Below are positions 35,401-47,611 of a stretch of DNA of 64,000 bases, piece by piece; positions within the stretch are counted from its first letter, which is position 1; each line of letters starts with the position of its first letter. The translations under genes and the position numbers were made by a program. Below the pieces are notes generated by a model. The model was given only the letters and a program-made list of their open reading frames with translations, ran no database searches and was not told where the DNA came from. The DNA comes from Bacteroidota bacterium (GTDB lineage Bacteria; Bacteroidota; Ignavibacteria; SZUA-365), in assembly GCA_029907355.1 (NCBI GenBank), contig JARYLZ010000005.1, positions 5,466 to 69,465 of the forward strand, given 5' to 3'.

Positions 35401-36474
35401 ATGCAGAACACCTTGTCCCCTTCCCGCGTTCTCTGGATCGACGCGCTTCGAGGTCTCGCGATCCTGCTGATGATCCCTGCGAATCTCGCGCCGTACCTTT
35501 CGGAACCGCACCCCCTCTGGTTTCGAATCGCGGGTTCCTACGCCGCGCCGATGTTCATCGCCATCAGTGCGGGGATGGTGACCTTCCGGGGGAGTTACCA
35601 CCGCCTTTCCTATTACATCAAGCGCAGCCTCCTCGTCCTGCTCATCGGAGCCTTGTTGGACTCGTTGCTGTGGGGCATCATGCCCGGCACCTCGTGGGAC
35701 GTTCTCTACATCATCGGGCCGGGGATGGTCGTCGCTTACATGGCGCGCAACGCGCGTCCTTCCACGTTGTTCATTGCCGCCGCGGCGGTGTTCGCGCTCG
35801 CGTTCGCCGTACGGAAACTCGCGGGTTACGACCCGGTTCCCCTTGAGGTATACTGGTCGTCGTTTTCATGGCCCGAACCGTGGAGGGTCCTGCGAAGCTG
35901 GTTCGTCGACGGCTGGTTCCCGATTCTCCCCTGGGCCGGTTTCACACTCTTCGGCACGGCATTTTTCCGCTTGCTTTTCCACGCATGGAATGAATCAACG
36001 GGACGGAAACTTCTTGCAGCGGGTCTCCTCTGCGCGGCTGCGGGTTTCTTCCTTCTCCTCCTCTCGATTCCGTTGGTGGAAAACATCCCCGGCGGGAACA
36101 TCATCGTTTCCAGGGAAGGCTACTCGGAGATCTTCTACCCGCCGACACCCGCATACCTCCTTTCCGCTGTGGGTGTCGTGATCCTTGCGGCGCTCGCGGT
36201 CCGCCATGTCCGGCCGCACGCCGTGACATCCGCCGTCGCGTTCTTCGGGCGGTACTCCATGCTGGTCTACATCCTGCACCAGGTTGCGGGGGATGCCATT
36301 CTCAATCCCATGATCCAGGCGTATGGAGTCGAGAGCATTTCGTCCGGCTGGGTCTTCACGGCGGCAGTCATCGGGGTCATCGCCTTCGTCGCTCTCGTGT
36401 GTTTCCTCGCCGAGCGGTATAAGAAACGTCATCCTCCGAAATCGCTCCTGTTGAATATCCTGTTCGGACGATGA
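35401..36474 (+). CDS. DUF1624 / heparan-alpha-glucosaminide N-acetyltransferase-like membrane acyltransferase
   Basis: The N-terminus MQNTLSPSRVLWIDALRGLAILLMIPAN is typical of this family, and there are about 10 hydrophobic segments. ATG 35401 lies 13 nt after the asnB stop. Confidence 0.6.
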   Translation: MQNTLSPSRVLWIDALRGLAILLMIPANLAPYLSEPHPLWFRIAGSYAAPMFIAISAGMVTFRGSYHRLSYYIKRSLLVLLIGALLDSLLWGIMPGTSWDVLYIIGPGMVVAYMARNARPSTLFIAAAAVFALAFAVRKLAGYDPVPLEVYWSSFSWPEPWRVLRSWFVDGWFPILPWAGFTLFGTAFFRLLFHAWNESTGRKLLAAGLLCAAAGFFLLLLSIPLVENIPGGNIIVSREGYSEIFYPPTPAYLLSAVGVVILAALAVRHVRPHAVTSAVAFFGRYSMLVYILHQVAGDAILNPMIQAYGVESISSGWVFTAAVIGVIAFVALVCFLAERYKKRHPPKSLLLNILFGR

Positions 36475-37904
36475 GAGCGAATCTCCCGGAAAACTCGCGA
36501 GAACGGACAGCGACGAGACTCCACTCGGCTGTCGTCATCGCCGCCGCGTTCGCACTCCCCCCGCTGGCATGCCTGGTCGGTTGCCCGGTCGACGAGAACG
36601 GGAGACAATTCGCTCTGATGGGAAAGGCAGCGTTTTTCTGGGTGGCTGCGATCGCCGTGTTAGCGTTTCTTGATCGGAAAACGAGTCGTACTCAGGATGA
36701 GGAGAAAACCTTCGCCCTGCTCTTCCCCTACGCCGTCTTTGCGGTTTTGGCCTATCTCTCCGTCAATGTGTTCTGGAAAAGCGGCTGGGACTACCGCGCA
36801 TACGAATCCGCAGCCCAGGCAATCCTCGCGAAGTCGAACCCTTACACAACTGCATCGAAATACCCATACCTCTACCCCCCTACCCTCGCCTTCATCCTCG
36901 CCGGTGCCCACGAAGTTCTCAGGGTGTTTCTCGGTTCACTGGGCTTCGAGGGGGGCGATGGAACGGTTCGTACGCTTGTCTTCTACTCGTACAAGGCGGC
37001 CCACCTGCTCGCTGCCGCCTGCGTGTGGACGCTCCTGTCAAGGAAGGAAGCCGGCAGAGAAAGTAGTCTCCCGCCCGCCGCCGTTGCGTCGCTCTTCCTT
37101 TTCAACGTGCCGCTCCTTTTCGAGATGCAGTTTTCGCAAGTGAATATGCTCATCGTTCTCGCGGTAGTCCTTGCCGTGCACCTCTGGGAGAAACGACCCG
37201 GTTTTGCCGGTTGTTCTCTTGCCTTTGCCGTTTGCCTGAAACCCTTCGCTGCCGTCGTCCTCATCCCCTTTCTCGCACGGAAACCATGGCGCATCGCCGC
37301 CGGTTTCCTCGGCGCTCTCGTCATGTTCCTCCTCGTCCCCGACCTGGCACATCACGGCATCGTCGGATACGACTTGATCCTCCCGATGTACGCTCATGCT
37401 CAGGTTTCCCTCGTTTCGCAGTCCTGGTCCGCGATGCCCCTCCATGATGGGAGCGTGCGCACGTTGGTCGAACTCGCTCTCCAAGCATTGGGAATCCCGT
37501 TCCCTATTTTCTCGAAGATCGCCTCTGCCCTTTGGATGCTTGTCTGTGCATCCGCCGCCGTCTTCGCGGTTTCACGGGCAGGTCATGCGTTTCCCTCTCG
37601 CCGCACCGCGGTATACCAAGCGCTCGCCATGGCCGCTTTCTTACCCCCGCTCGTGTGGGAGCACCATTATCTCCTCGCCCTCCCGCTCGCGGTGGATGTT
37701 TTCCTTCGTACGCATACTCGATCCCTGCACCTTTTCGCACTCGCTTCCGGAGCGGTGTTCCTCACACCCGTCACACACATGTTCCCCGTCCCCTTCATCC
37801 GGCTCGCAGGGCTTATCTTCCTGCTACACTTGTCATTCACGCGAGAAGGGATGGATCGGAACGTGCGGAGCCCCGTCGCGTCGGGGGCGAGGTTTTCTCG
37901 GTGA
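36471..37904 (+). CDS. DUF2029 / GT87-like polytopic membrane glycosyltransferase (GT-C fold)
   Basis: The first-loop pattern WDYRAYESAAQAILAKSNPY...YPYLYPPTLAFIL resembles GT87/PimE-type mannosyltransferases, and there are many transmembrane segments. The ATG overlaps the upstream stop (ATGA). Confidence 0.55.
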   Translation: MRANLPENSRERTATRLHSAVVIAAAFALPPLACLVGCPVDENGRQFALMGKAAFFWVAAIAVLAFLDRKTSRTQDEEKTFALLFPYAVFAVLAYLSVNVFWKSGWDYRAYESAAQAILAKSNPYTTASKYPYLYPPTLAFILAGAHEVLRVFLGSLGFEGGDGTVRTLVFYSYKAAHLLAAACVWTLLSRKEAGRESSLPPAAVASLFLFNVPLLFEMQFSQVNMLIVLAVVLAVHLWEKRPGFAGCSLAFAVCLKPFAAVVLIPFLARKPWRIAAGFLGALVMFLLVPDLAHHGIVGYDLILPMYAHAQVSLVSQSWSAMPLHDGSVRTLVELALQALGIPFPIFSKIASALWMLVCASAAVFAVSRAGHAFPSRRTAVYQALAMAAFLPPLVWEHHYLLALPLAVDVFLRTHTRSLHLFALASGAVFLTPVTHMFPVPFIRLAGLIFLLHLSFTREGMDRNVRSPVASGARFSR

Positions 37905-37920
37905 AAGAAGTGCTTGCCAA

Positions 37921-38997
37921 TCAAAAAAAGAAACCATAGAACACCGCCGAAGGCGTGATGCGGATGGCGGGCGACGGGAAATGCAGGAGATTGAGTTCCT
38001 CTTTGAGGAACTTGAGCAGCGGGCTGTCGCCCGGGAGGCGCCGGAGATCGTAATCGAGAGCGATATACCACTCCTGGTCCCCGAGTCCGATGTTGTTCCG
38101 GTCCGTGTTGTACGTGTTCTTGGCAATCACCGTATTCGCGGCACCGTAACCCACGGCGATACCGAGCCAGTCCGGCCAGAAACGCTTGAGGCCGGCCGGG
38201 AGGACATCCTCGACAGTCAGCGCCAGCCAGAACGTGAAACCGTCATAATCTTTCAGGACATAATCCACCCATTTCTGGGTGATCAACCGCGAGGGTCGAT
38301 AGCTCATCTTCAGGCATACGGAACTCAAGGGCGGCCACGCTCTCTGCAGGTTGGGGTATGCTGCGCCGATCACATTCGCGCCGACATCCCACCAGCTCCA
38401 CCCCCACGCCTTATAGAAGGCATCGGTCATCTCCATTTCCGTCTGAAAGAACAAGGCCAAGCCGGAGGACCACCACATCGCCGGTTCCTCGCGCATGTTC
38501 GTCCAGCGAAAGAGGTGGTACAAGGTGTTCGCATATGCCTGCGTTCCCCAGATATGCCCGATCTTGTCGACATTGAGATCGGCGTTGTACCAGTCGTTGA
38601 AGACATGCCAGGAGGACCGCTCCGACTGCCGCGGGGAATAGAACGTCTTGTAGTAGTAATACATGATGGCCGTGTTCCCGGCAAGCATCGCGCCGCCGAC
38701 AAGGTAGATGCGCCCTTTCTTAATGGGACCGATGGTCGGACCGTGAAGATCATCCGGGATTGTCCCCGTCGGGAAAACCACCCGGAGTGGAGCCGTCGGC
38801 GAGAGATCCGTCGGTGTGGAATCGGGGAACGCCCGCGCCACGTCCGATAACTCGTTTGAGAGAGGACGGTCATCCCTCAGGCTTGCCTTCACCAGCTCCT
38901 GCGCGAACACCGTACCGAAGTGCATGCACAGTGTAAGCGACAGGATGATGAACGAGCGCAGGAGAATTCCTCCGACGGCCGGGAATGTCACGTGCAC
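37921..38997 (-). CDS. Secreted or periplasmic protein, DUF2279-like (hypothetical)
   Basis: GTG 38997, preceded by GGAGGG, gives the signal peptide VHVTFPAVGGILLRSFIILSLTLCMHFGTVFAQE. The body is Trp/Tyr-rich and carries DKIGHIWG. The ORF-track start at 39129 would overlap the upstream mutase gene. Confidence 0.45.
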   Translation of the reverse strand: MHVTFPAVGGILLRSFIILSLTLCMHFGTVFAQELVKASLRDDRPLSNELSDVARAFPDSTPTDLSPTAPLRVVFPTGTIPDDLHGPTIGPIKKGRIYLVGGAMLAGNTAIMYYYYKTFYSPRQSERSSWHVFNDWYNADLNVDKIGHIWGTQAYANTLYHLFRWTNMREEPAMWWSSGLALFFQTEMEMTDAFYKAWGWSWWDVGANVIGAAYPNLQRAWPPLSSVCLKMSYRPSRLITQKWVDYVLKDYDGFTFWLALTVEDVLPAGLKRFWPDWLGIAVGYGAANTVIAKNTYNTDRNNIGLGDQEWYIALDYDLRRLPGDSPLLKFLKEELNLLHFPSPAIRITPSAVFYGFFF

Positions 38998-39070
38998 GCC
39001 GATTCTGCCCTCCGAGATGAAAAGCGCCCCGCAGGCCGCGCGAGACGAACGCCACGGGGGCAACTGCCGA

Positions 39071-40474
39071 CTACTGAGCGCCGAACTTGGATACGGCGCG
39101 GAGCAATGCCTGCAATTTCTTTTCGTCATCAGCCTCGGCGTAGAAACGGAGAAGGGGCTCCGTGCCCGACGCCCGGACCAACAACCACCCCCCGTCGACG
39201 CGGAACTTGTACCCGTCGATCGTTTCGGTGGCGATCACGGGGTAGGGACCGAGCTTGGCCGGCCCGCGCTCGCAGGCGGCGAGAATGGCACGCTTTCTCT
39301 GATCCGTGGTCGAGTAATCCATGCGCTCGTAATACACACGGCCGAACTCGTCGTAAATCTCGTGCACGGCTTGGCCGAGGGTCAAGCCCCTCTTCGCGAG
39401 ATACTCGCAGAGGAGAAGGGCATTATAGATCCCGTCCCGCTCGGGGATATGCAGCGAGGTACCGATGCCACCGCTCTCCTCGCCGCCGATGAGCACTTTC
39501 TCGGTGATCATCAACTCGGTGATGTATTTGAAACCCACCGGCCGCGTGTAGAGCCGAAGACCGTACTTCTCCGTCATGCGCGAGACGAGGTCGGTTACCG
39601 ACACCGTTTTCACGACGCTCCCCTTTTGCTTGCGGTAGACGTGCAGGTATTTCAGGAGGAGCGGGATGATCACCTGTGTGCTGATGAAATTCCCGTTTTC
39701 ATCCACGGCGCCGAGGCGGTCCACATCGCCGTCCGTCACGATGCCGATGTCGTACCCACCGCCGCGCAGCAGGGCGATGATTTCCGGGATATTCTGGGTG
39801 AGGGGTTCCGGGGGAACGCCCTTGAACCCGGGGTTGTGTTCATCGTGCAGGCAGAAGACGGACGGCAGCAACTCCTTCATGACGCCGATCGCTGCGCCGT
39901 ACATGACGTCGTATGCGATTTTCATTCCCGACCGTCGAATCGCCTCGAGGTCGATTTTCTTCCTGATCTCTTGGATGTAGATCGAGCGGACGTTGATAGG
40001 GCGGATCAGCCCTGCGGCGCGCAGTTCCTCGGCGGATTTCACTTTGGGAATCTTGCCCGCCGCGAGAATATTCGAGAGGAGACGCTCGACCTTCTTGATA
40101 TCGCTGACGAGCGCCGACCCACCGAAATCCCCTTTGATCTTGAAGCCGTTCCATTGCGGGGGGTTGTGGCTTGCCGTGATCATGACGCCCGCGGCCGCTT
40201 TTTTCTTCAGAATACCGAGGGAAACCATCGGTGTCGAAACCACACCGTCGCAGAGCCACACGAGAATCCCCTGGGAAGCGATGACCTGGGCAGCGCGGAG
40301 GGCGAAGTCCTGCGAACCGAATCGCGCATCCCCGCCGACCACGACCCCGTTGTTGATTTTCGGGTGCTGACGGTAATACCGTGCGAACGCGAGAGCGACT
40401 CTCTCGACGTTTTCGAACGTGTAATCCTCGGCGATTACGCCACGCCAGCCGTCTGTACCGAATTTGATTTCCAT
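39071..40474 (-). CDS. Phosphoglucomutase/phosphomannomutase (alpha-D-phosphohexomutase family)
   Basis: The N-terminus is MEIKFGTDGWRGVIAEDYTF. The active-site loop is TASHNPPQWNGFK. The metal loop is TDGDVDRLG. The sugar loop is GGEESGG. Confidence 0.85.
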   Translation of the reverse strand: MEIKFGTDGWRGVIAEDYTFENVERVALAFARYYRQHPKINNGVVVGGDARFGSQDFALRAAQVIASQGILVWLCDGVVSTPMVSLGILKKKAAAGVMITASHNPPQWNGFKIKGDFGGSALVSDIKKVERLLSNILAAGKIPKVKSAEELRAAGLIRPINVRSIYIQEIRKKIDLEAIRRSGMKIAYDVMYGAAIGVMKELLPSVFCLHDEHNPGFKGVPPEPLTQNIPEIIALLRGGGYDIGIVTDGDVDRLGAVDENGNFISTQVIIPLLLKYLHVYRKQKGSVVKTVSVTDLVSRMTEKYGLRLYTRPVGFKYITELMITEKVLIGGEESGGIGTSLHIPERDGIYNALLLCEYLAKRGLTLGQAVHEIYDEFGRVYYERMDYSTTDQRKRAILAACERGPAKLGPYPVIATETIDGYKFRVDGGWLLVRASGTEPLLRFYAEADDEKKLQALLRAVSKFGAQ

Positions 40475-40656
40475 CGTTACACCCGAATGGGGAAACTGAC
40501 AAGAACGGTTGTAAAATTTAATAAAAAAAGAGGAAAAGACGAAATCGGCTTTTTTTCAATTGTTTTCCTCACACGGTCTATTGCTTTCGCAAAGACCCTG
40601 AAGGAAATCGTTACCACTTCGAGCACGTGGCGCCGGGTTGCGCTGCCGGACGTTCG

Positions 40657-41838
40657 CTACAATCCAAACGCCTTCATCAGCTCTAACGCCATTCGCTCGG
40701 CCGCCGATTCGAGCCTCTCCGCCGCTGGTGGGAGCGTGCTTGGCACTTCCTCCCCCGGTGTTTCGATCGTCGAATAGAGGCGCATCAACCCGAATTTTTC
40801 TTCCCACTCGGCTCTATTCCCTTTGACCCGGCCGGCGATGACGAGACAGGGTTTCCCGAGTTCGGCGCAAGCCGCGGCGACAGCGGAAACCGCTTTGCCA
40901 CGGAGGCTTTGTTCGTCGAGGCACCCTTCGCCCGTAACGACGACATCGGCGAGTGCAGCATGGGAACGAAAAGAACACGCTTCGAGGATATACTCGGCGC
41001 CCGGTCGAATCTCTGCGCCCAGAAACACGCTCAGTGCAAAGCCGAGCCCTCCCGCGGCCCCGGCACCAGGCCTCATCGGATCCACGTCCCGCACGTCCCG
41101 GCGGACGATTCCGGCGAATCTGCGGACGAGGGATTCTACCGTGTCGACCAAGGCGGGATTCAGACCTTTTTGCGGCCCGTACACGGCCGTTGCACCTCGT
41201 TCACCGAGCAGCGGATTCGATACATCAGCCAGGACGACGACCGATCGAACATGGCCGCGGATACCCTCCGGTTTCCGACCGATCGAATGCACCGCGCCCA
41301 TGATTTCCGTCAAGGAGCCGGAAAAAATGCAGTCCCTCGTAATGAGCGAACCGTCTTCACGGGACAGCGCGTAACCGAGGGCCACAGCGAGGCCGAGTCC
41401 GCAGTCGTTCGTTGCGGAGTCGCCCAATCCGACAAGGATGGTTTTCGGGTCTGCTTCGGCGGCGTGCAGGATCAGCTCTCCGAGACCGTAACTCGACAAC
41501 CTCAACGGGTCTCGTCCCCGTTCCGGTACGAGTGCGAAACCCACAGCGGATGCAGCCTCGAGGACCGCCGTCGACACGGATCCTCGCCCTTCATCGGACG
41601 TTAGGGCCCAGGCGGCACGGACAGGTTTGCCGTCCGGACCGGACACCACCGTTTCGTGCGGCTCCGCCCCCCACGCTTCCGAGAGCGCTTCCACGGTCCC
41701 CTCGCCTCCATCTGCGAGTGGGAGAATGTCGACATTCGCTCCGGGAATCGCTCGCTTTATCCCTTTGCGGATGATCGCCGCAGCTGTTCGAGCACTCAGC
41801 GAACCTTTGAAGACGTCCGGGGCAACGAGAATGCGCAT
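40657..41838 (-). CDS. Glycerate kinase
   Basis: MRILVAPDVFKGSLSA...LADGGEGTVEAL is the classic GlxK/GarK N-terminus. I chose internal ATG 41838 because the longer ORF-track start would overlap eno. Confidence 0.85.
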   Translation of the reverse strand: MRILVAPDVFKGSLSARTAAAIIRKGIKRAIPGANVDILPLADGGEGTVEALSEAWGAEPHETVVSGPDGKPVRAAWALTSDEGRGSVSTAVLEAASAVGFALVPERGRDPLRLSSYGLGELILHAAEADPKTILVGLGDSATNDCGLGLAVALGYALSREDGSLITRDCIFSGSLTEIMGAVHSIGRKPEGIRGHVRSVVVLADVSNPLLGERGATAVYGPQKGLNPALVDTVESLVRRFAGIVRRDVRDVDPMRPGAGAAGGLGFALSVFLGAEIRPGAEYILEACSFRSHAALADVVVTGEGCLDEQSLRGKAVSAVAAACAELGKPCLVIAGRVKGNRAEWEEKFGLMRLYSTIETPGEEVPSTLPPAAERLESAAERMALELMKAFGL

Positions 41839-41899
41839 CGGAACAGCACCCCAGTGGGTCTCTACCCGGTGAGAAAAGGGGCGGACCTGCGCTTCACCG

Positions 41900-44684
<2,785 letters not shown>

Positions 44685-44875
44685 GAAATCGTGTGAAAAG
44701 CGGGGATAAACTACGAACGAATGCTTCCAGAATCAACGACGATCGAGATTCCGGGACAGTCGTTCTTCTCGCTTCCCGGCGCTACCCGAGCCGTTGAACA
44801 CCGACGGGCTTTTTCGTAGGTTGCCTCCGACATTTCGCCTTCGAGCGCAAAACCACCCCGCACGAGCCGCAAACC

Positions 44876-45610
44876 ATGCACCGCCGAGAACTCCCCACGA
44901 TTTTTCTCCGCCTTTTCCTCTCGCACCTTCTCCTTCTCTTCATCGCCTGCAGCAGCGCTTTTACCGTGTTTTCATGGTTGTTCGCCCCAGGCGTTTCGCT
45001 CTTTCTGCGGCACTCCCCGGTTGTTCTCCTCCCCGTCATCCTCGCTTTGATCGGAATCGCCGGCCTGCTCGCCCTCTGGACCGCGAACGCGATCCGCATT
45101 CCGCTTCAATCCCTGCCCGACTCCATCAAAACCGGTATTGAGAAGCGAATACCGAACCGATTCTTCAGGGTTCAAGAAATCGCCGAACTCGTCCTTCAGT
45201 TGAGTCATCGAGCGGAAGAGGGAGAAGACGGAGAAATGAGGGCGGAACCCGAGCAACCCCTCATGGATACGAACGACGAATACCACGTCGTCGTCACGGT
45301 GGATAACGATTTTCTCATCCGAGGCATCCTGGATTATGCATCGGATCTTCTCTCCCTCGATCCTTTCGATGCTGTCGGGAAGCATTTCCTCGACGTCTTC
45401 GAAGTCGAGGAAAGACGGGTCTCCTCGCACGCCGCCCTCCTTCGAATCCTCGATGAAGGCAGACGAGTCGATGGTTTCGAGACGCTCGTCCGACTCGAGA
45501 CGGGGGACATTCTTCCCATGCAATGGTTCGAAACGAACCTCTTCGACCCGCACGGGGCGATTCTCGGGAAACGTCTCTACGGGAGGCTCGCCCCCTCGGT
45601 GCAGTCGTGA
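44876..45610 (+). CDS. Membrane-anchored protein with a C-terminal PAS-like domain (hypothetical sensor fragment)
   Basis: It has two N-terminal hydrophobic segments. A ~100-aa region (...FLIRGILDYASDLLSLDPFDAVGKHFLDVFE...GFETLVRLETGDILPMQWFETNLFD...) has PAS-like periodicity. No output domain is visible. Confidence 0.4.
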   Translation: MHRRELPTIFLRLFLSHLLLLFIACSSAFTVFSWLFAPGVSLFLRHSPVVLLPVILALIGIAGLLALWTANAIRIPLQSLPDSIKTGIEKRIPNRFFRVQEIAELVLQLSHRAEEGEDGEMRAEPEQPLMDTNDEYHVVVTVDNDFLIRGILDYASDLLSLDPFDAVGKHFLDVFEVEERRVSSHAALLRILDEGRRVDGFETLVRLETGDILPMQWFETNLFDPHGAILGKRLYGRLAPSVQS

Positions 45611-46206
45611 GGTCCTGCGCCGATGATATGGAGACTCGAACCGTGTACCGTCCCGGCGAGGGCACGACGGTAGCGTTCCGCCCGGTGAAGGTCGTCGAGC
45701 GGACCGACCACGACGTACCACCCTGCAGGGGCGAGGCGCAGGGAAGCGGGGTACCCGTGCGTGATGAGCACCTTACGTAGGGCATCCGCTTCAATACGAT
45801 CCGGGAATACTCCCGTGGCGACGAGATATCGGCGCAGGGAGGTGTGAGACGGAGAGACCGCTCCTCGATGATCATATCTCGACGGGGTCTCTTTCATTCG
45901 TCTGTTTGTTTTGCCTTTCCCCTCCCGCGGCTTCCGTATTCCCGAAGATCGATCGAGCTTCCCTTGTTGAGGGATAACGACGGATACCATCGAGGTGTCT
46001 TTCGTCGTGCCTGCAGCGGTCGAATCCGATTTCCCTTGATTCGCCGTCCTCTTGATCATTTGCTGTTTCAACGCAGTGATATCCGTTTCCAGTTCCTTGA
46101 TGTGGAAGGCACCGAGTACGACGGCGGCGAGAAGAACGATCAGCGCTCCCCATCGAAACATTTCCGCAATACCTGTTCGACGAGTCCTATTCGTTGCATT
46201 CACCAT
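45577..46206 (-). CDS. SPOR-domain protein (membrane-anchored, peptidoglycan-binding)
   Basis: It has an N-terminal transmembrane segment (FRWGALIVLLAAVVLGAF), a low-complexity linker, and a C-terminal SPOR-like block YLVATGVFPDRIEADALRKVLITHGYPASLRLAPAGWYVVVGPLDDLHRAERYRRAL. Confidence 0.55.
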   Translation of the reverse strand: MVNATNRTRRTGIAEMFRWGALIVLLAAVVLGAFHIKELETDITALKQQMIKRTANQGKSDSTAAGTTKDTSMVSVVIPQQGKLDRSSGIRKPREGKGKTNRRMKETPSRYDHRGAVSPSHTSLRRYLVATGVFPDRIEADALRKVLITHGYPASLRLAPAGWYVVVGPLDDLHRAERYRRALAGTVHGSSLHIIGAGPHDCTEGASLP

Positions 46207-46227
46207 GGTCCGCCTCTCTTCATGTTT

Positions 46228-46506
46228 TCAGATGGGAAAATCTTCGTCTCCCTCTTGAATCGGTTCCGTGAGATCGCCCCCCCTCTTGAGAACGAGAGTG
46301 TAATACGCTGTGCCGCCTTCCCGCCGTGCAAATTCCAATGTACTTGCCATTTTCGGGACAGGCATCCCGAAAAAATACGCGATGCGATCGAGGATGTTGT
46401 CGAGTGCCTGTTCCTCCGAGGAACCCCACGATGCACACTCCGGTATGGAAGGTACCGTTACGTCGAACCCTTCATATCCCCGTTTGACGATGATTATCAG
46501 GTGCAT
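46228..46506 (-). CDS. hicB: HicB-like antitoxin (UPF0150 fold), 92 aa
   Basis: The N-terminal pattern GYEGFDVTVPSIPECASWGSSEEQALDNILDRIAYFF matches the HicB/UPF0150 signature (Y.a..Pdl.gc.s.G.t.eEAl.n..eai). It lies in a locally lower-GC patch. Confidence 0.55.
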   Translation of the reverse strand: MHLIIIVKRGYEGFDVTVPSIPECASWGSSEEQALDNILDRIAYFFGMPVPKMASTLEFARREGGTAYYTLVLKRGGDLTEPIQEGDEDFPI

Positions 46507-46709
46507 GCGTCGAGTGTACGGAAGTTCGCGCCATGCGATGCGAAAATATAGTGGAAACGGCGTCGAAATATACTGTCATGGAACATCGGGTGATGGGAAG
46601 ACGTTTGGGGTTTTCGAATGCCCGTTCGAATGGAAAACCGTTGTTCCCCTTCAAATTTTTCCCAGGCAGCGTTTTCATCTCGAATATCCTTGTACGGAAG
46701 GCCATCCAT
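46497..46709 (-). CDS. Possible HicA-like toxin remnant upstream of hicB; may be frameshifted
   Basis: The 70-aa ORF ends ...TSSHHPMFHDSIFRRRFHYIFASHGANFRTLDACT, which weakly resembles the GSH...P.H...L..GTL core of HicA. A better HicA-like N-terminus, MKTLPGKNLKGNNGFPFER (ATG 46678), lies in a different frame. The two frames meet at the homopolymer run at 46604-46614. Confidence 0.25.
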   Translation of the reverse strand: MDGLPYKDIRDENAAWEKFEGEQRFSIRTGIRKPQTSSHHPMFHDSIFRRRFHYIFASHGANFRTLDACT

Positions 46710-46843
46710 ACCAAACGGTCTGCTCGATGTCGCGTTTCTTTGCGGGAACGAAAGGCCCGTTTGCGTCGCTCCGTCGAGAGTCGGAATTTATATCCACGCA
46801 TGCACGAGCAGGAGACCTGTTTCCCTCAATCCGCTTTAAGTCC

Positions 46844-47611
46844 ATGATGGAAGCAAACATGAAACGCTCTTCGGATGGATCCATGGCGTGCAACGGCACG
46901 CGGGTGAAGGGCATATTCCCGCGCTTTGTTTTCGTGGCTTGCTTTCTTCTCGTCCTCTCCTGCGGGAAAAGCGATCGAGGAAGGAATGACACAGCGAGCG
47001 GGGAAAGTACGCCCCCCCCCGGCGGGCAAACGGCACCCCTTCCTGCCGTTCCGCCACCGAGATATCACCTGCGCACTGCGGTTCTGGAAACCGTCGTCGA
47101 AACGAGGAACCCCTCCAGCCGCACCACCGTGAAAATCATCATTGCCGACTCGGGGAGACTCGAACTCCGCGACACGCGCACGACCCTGGGAGGTCAGCGT
47201 GAGACTTTGGAGGGCAAGACCCTCATTCGCGACGGGATGCTGTACACGCTGAACGTAAAGAACAAATCATTCACACGGATGTCTCTCGAAGATCCGCGGA
47301 ATATGGATTTCGATTTCAGCAGGATACTGTCCGGCAAAATGCCGGACCTTACCGTCAAGGAAATCGGCAGGCAAACCGTTGCAGGTTTCCCCTGTACGAT
47401 CTATCGCATGACATCCGAGAAAACCGGGCTTCAAGGCAAATTCTGGGTTTGGAACAATCTCCAGATCAAGGCGGATTACACCGTCGGGAATTATGCCGTT
47501 CGCACGCGCACCCTTTCCGTTCGCACGGAAACCGATGTGAAGATGGACGTCTTCAATATTCCCGAGGATTACCGTCTTGAAACGATGTCCCAGCCTCCCC
47601 CGCCATTGTGA
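46844..47611 (+). CDS. Lipoprotein, DUF4412/LolA-like (hypothetical)
   Basis: MMEANMKRSS...FVFVACFLLVLSCGKS contains a lipobox (L-S-C). The C-terminal part, ...GFPCTIYRM...GKFWVWNNLQIKADY..., resembles DUF4412 proteins. The ORF-track start at 46310 runs antisense through hicAB and was rejected. Confidence 0.55.
   Translation: MMEANMKRSSDGSMACNGTRVKGIFPRFVFVACFLLVLSCGKSDRGRNDTASGESTPPPGGQTAPLPAVPPPRYHLRTAVLETVVETRNPSSRTTVKIIIADSGRLELRDTRTTLGGQRETLEGKTLIRDGMLYTLNVKNKSFTRMSLEDPRNMDFDFSRILSGKMPDLTVKEIGRQTVAGFPCTIYRMTSEKTGLQGKFWVWNNLQIKADYTVGNYAVRTRTLSVRTETDVKMDVFNIPEDYRLETMSQPPPPL

Noticed and set aside
40575-40597. 9-bp bulged hairpin (GGTCT-A-TTGC/GCAA-AGACC; GAAA tetraloop on the minus strand) between glycerate kinase and the phosphoglucomutase gene
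   Set aside because: It is not followed by a U-run on either strand, so it is not a canonical terminator. It may be a stability or processing element, but there is no way to support that from sequence alone.
38816-40777. 653-aa plus-strand ORF antisense to the DUF2279-like and phosphoglucomutase genes (with similar ones at 34065-35411, 37396-38850, 43272-44582 and 57949-58923)
   Set aside because: The opposite-strand genes carry diagnostic active-site motifs. These ORFs have none and show typical antisense composition.
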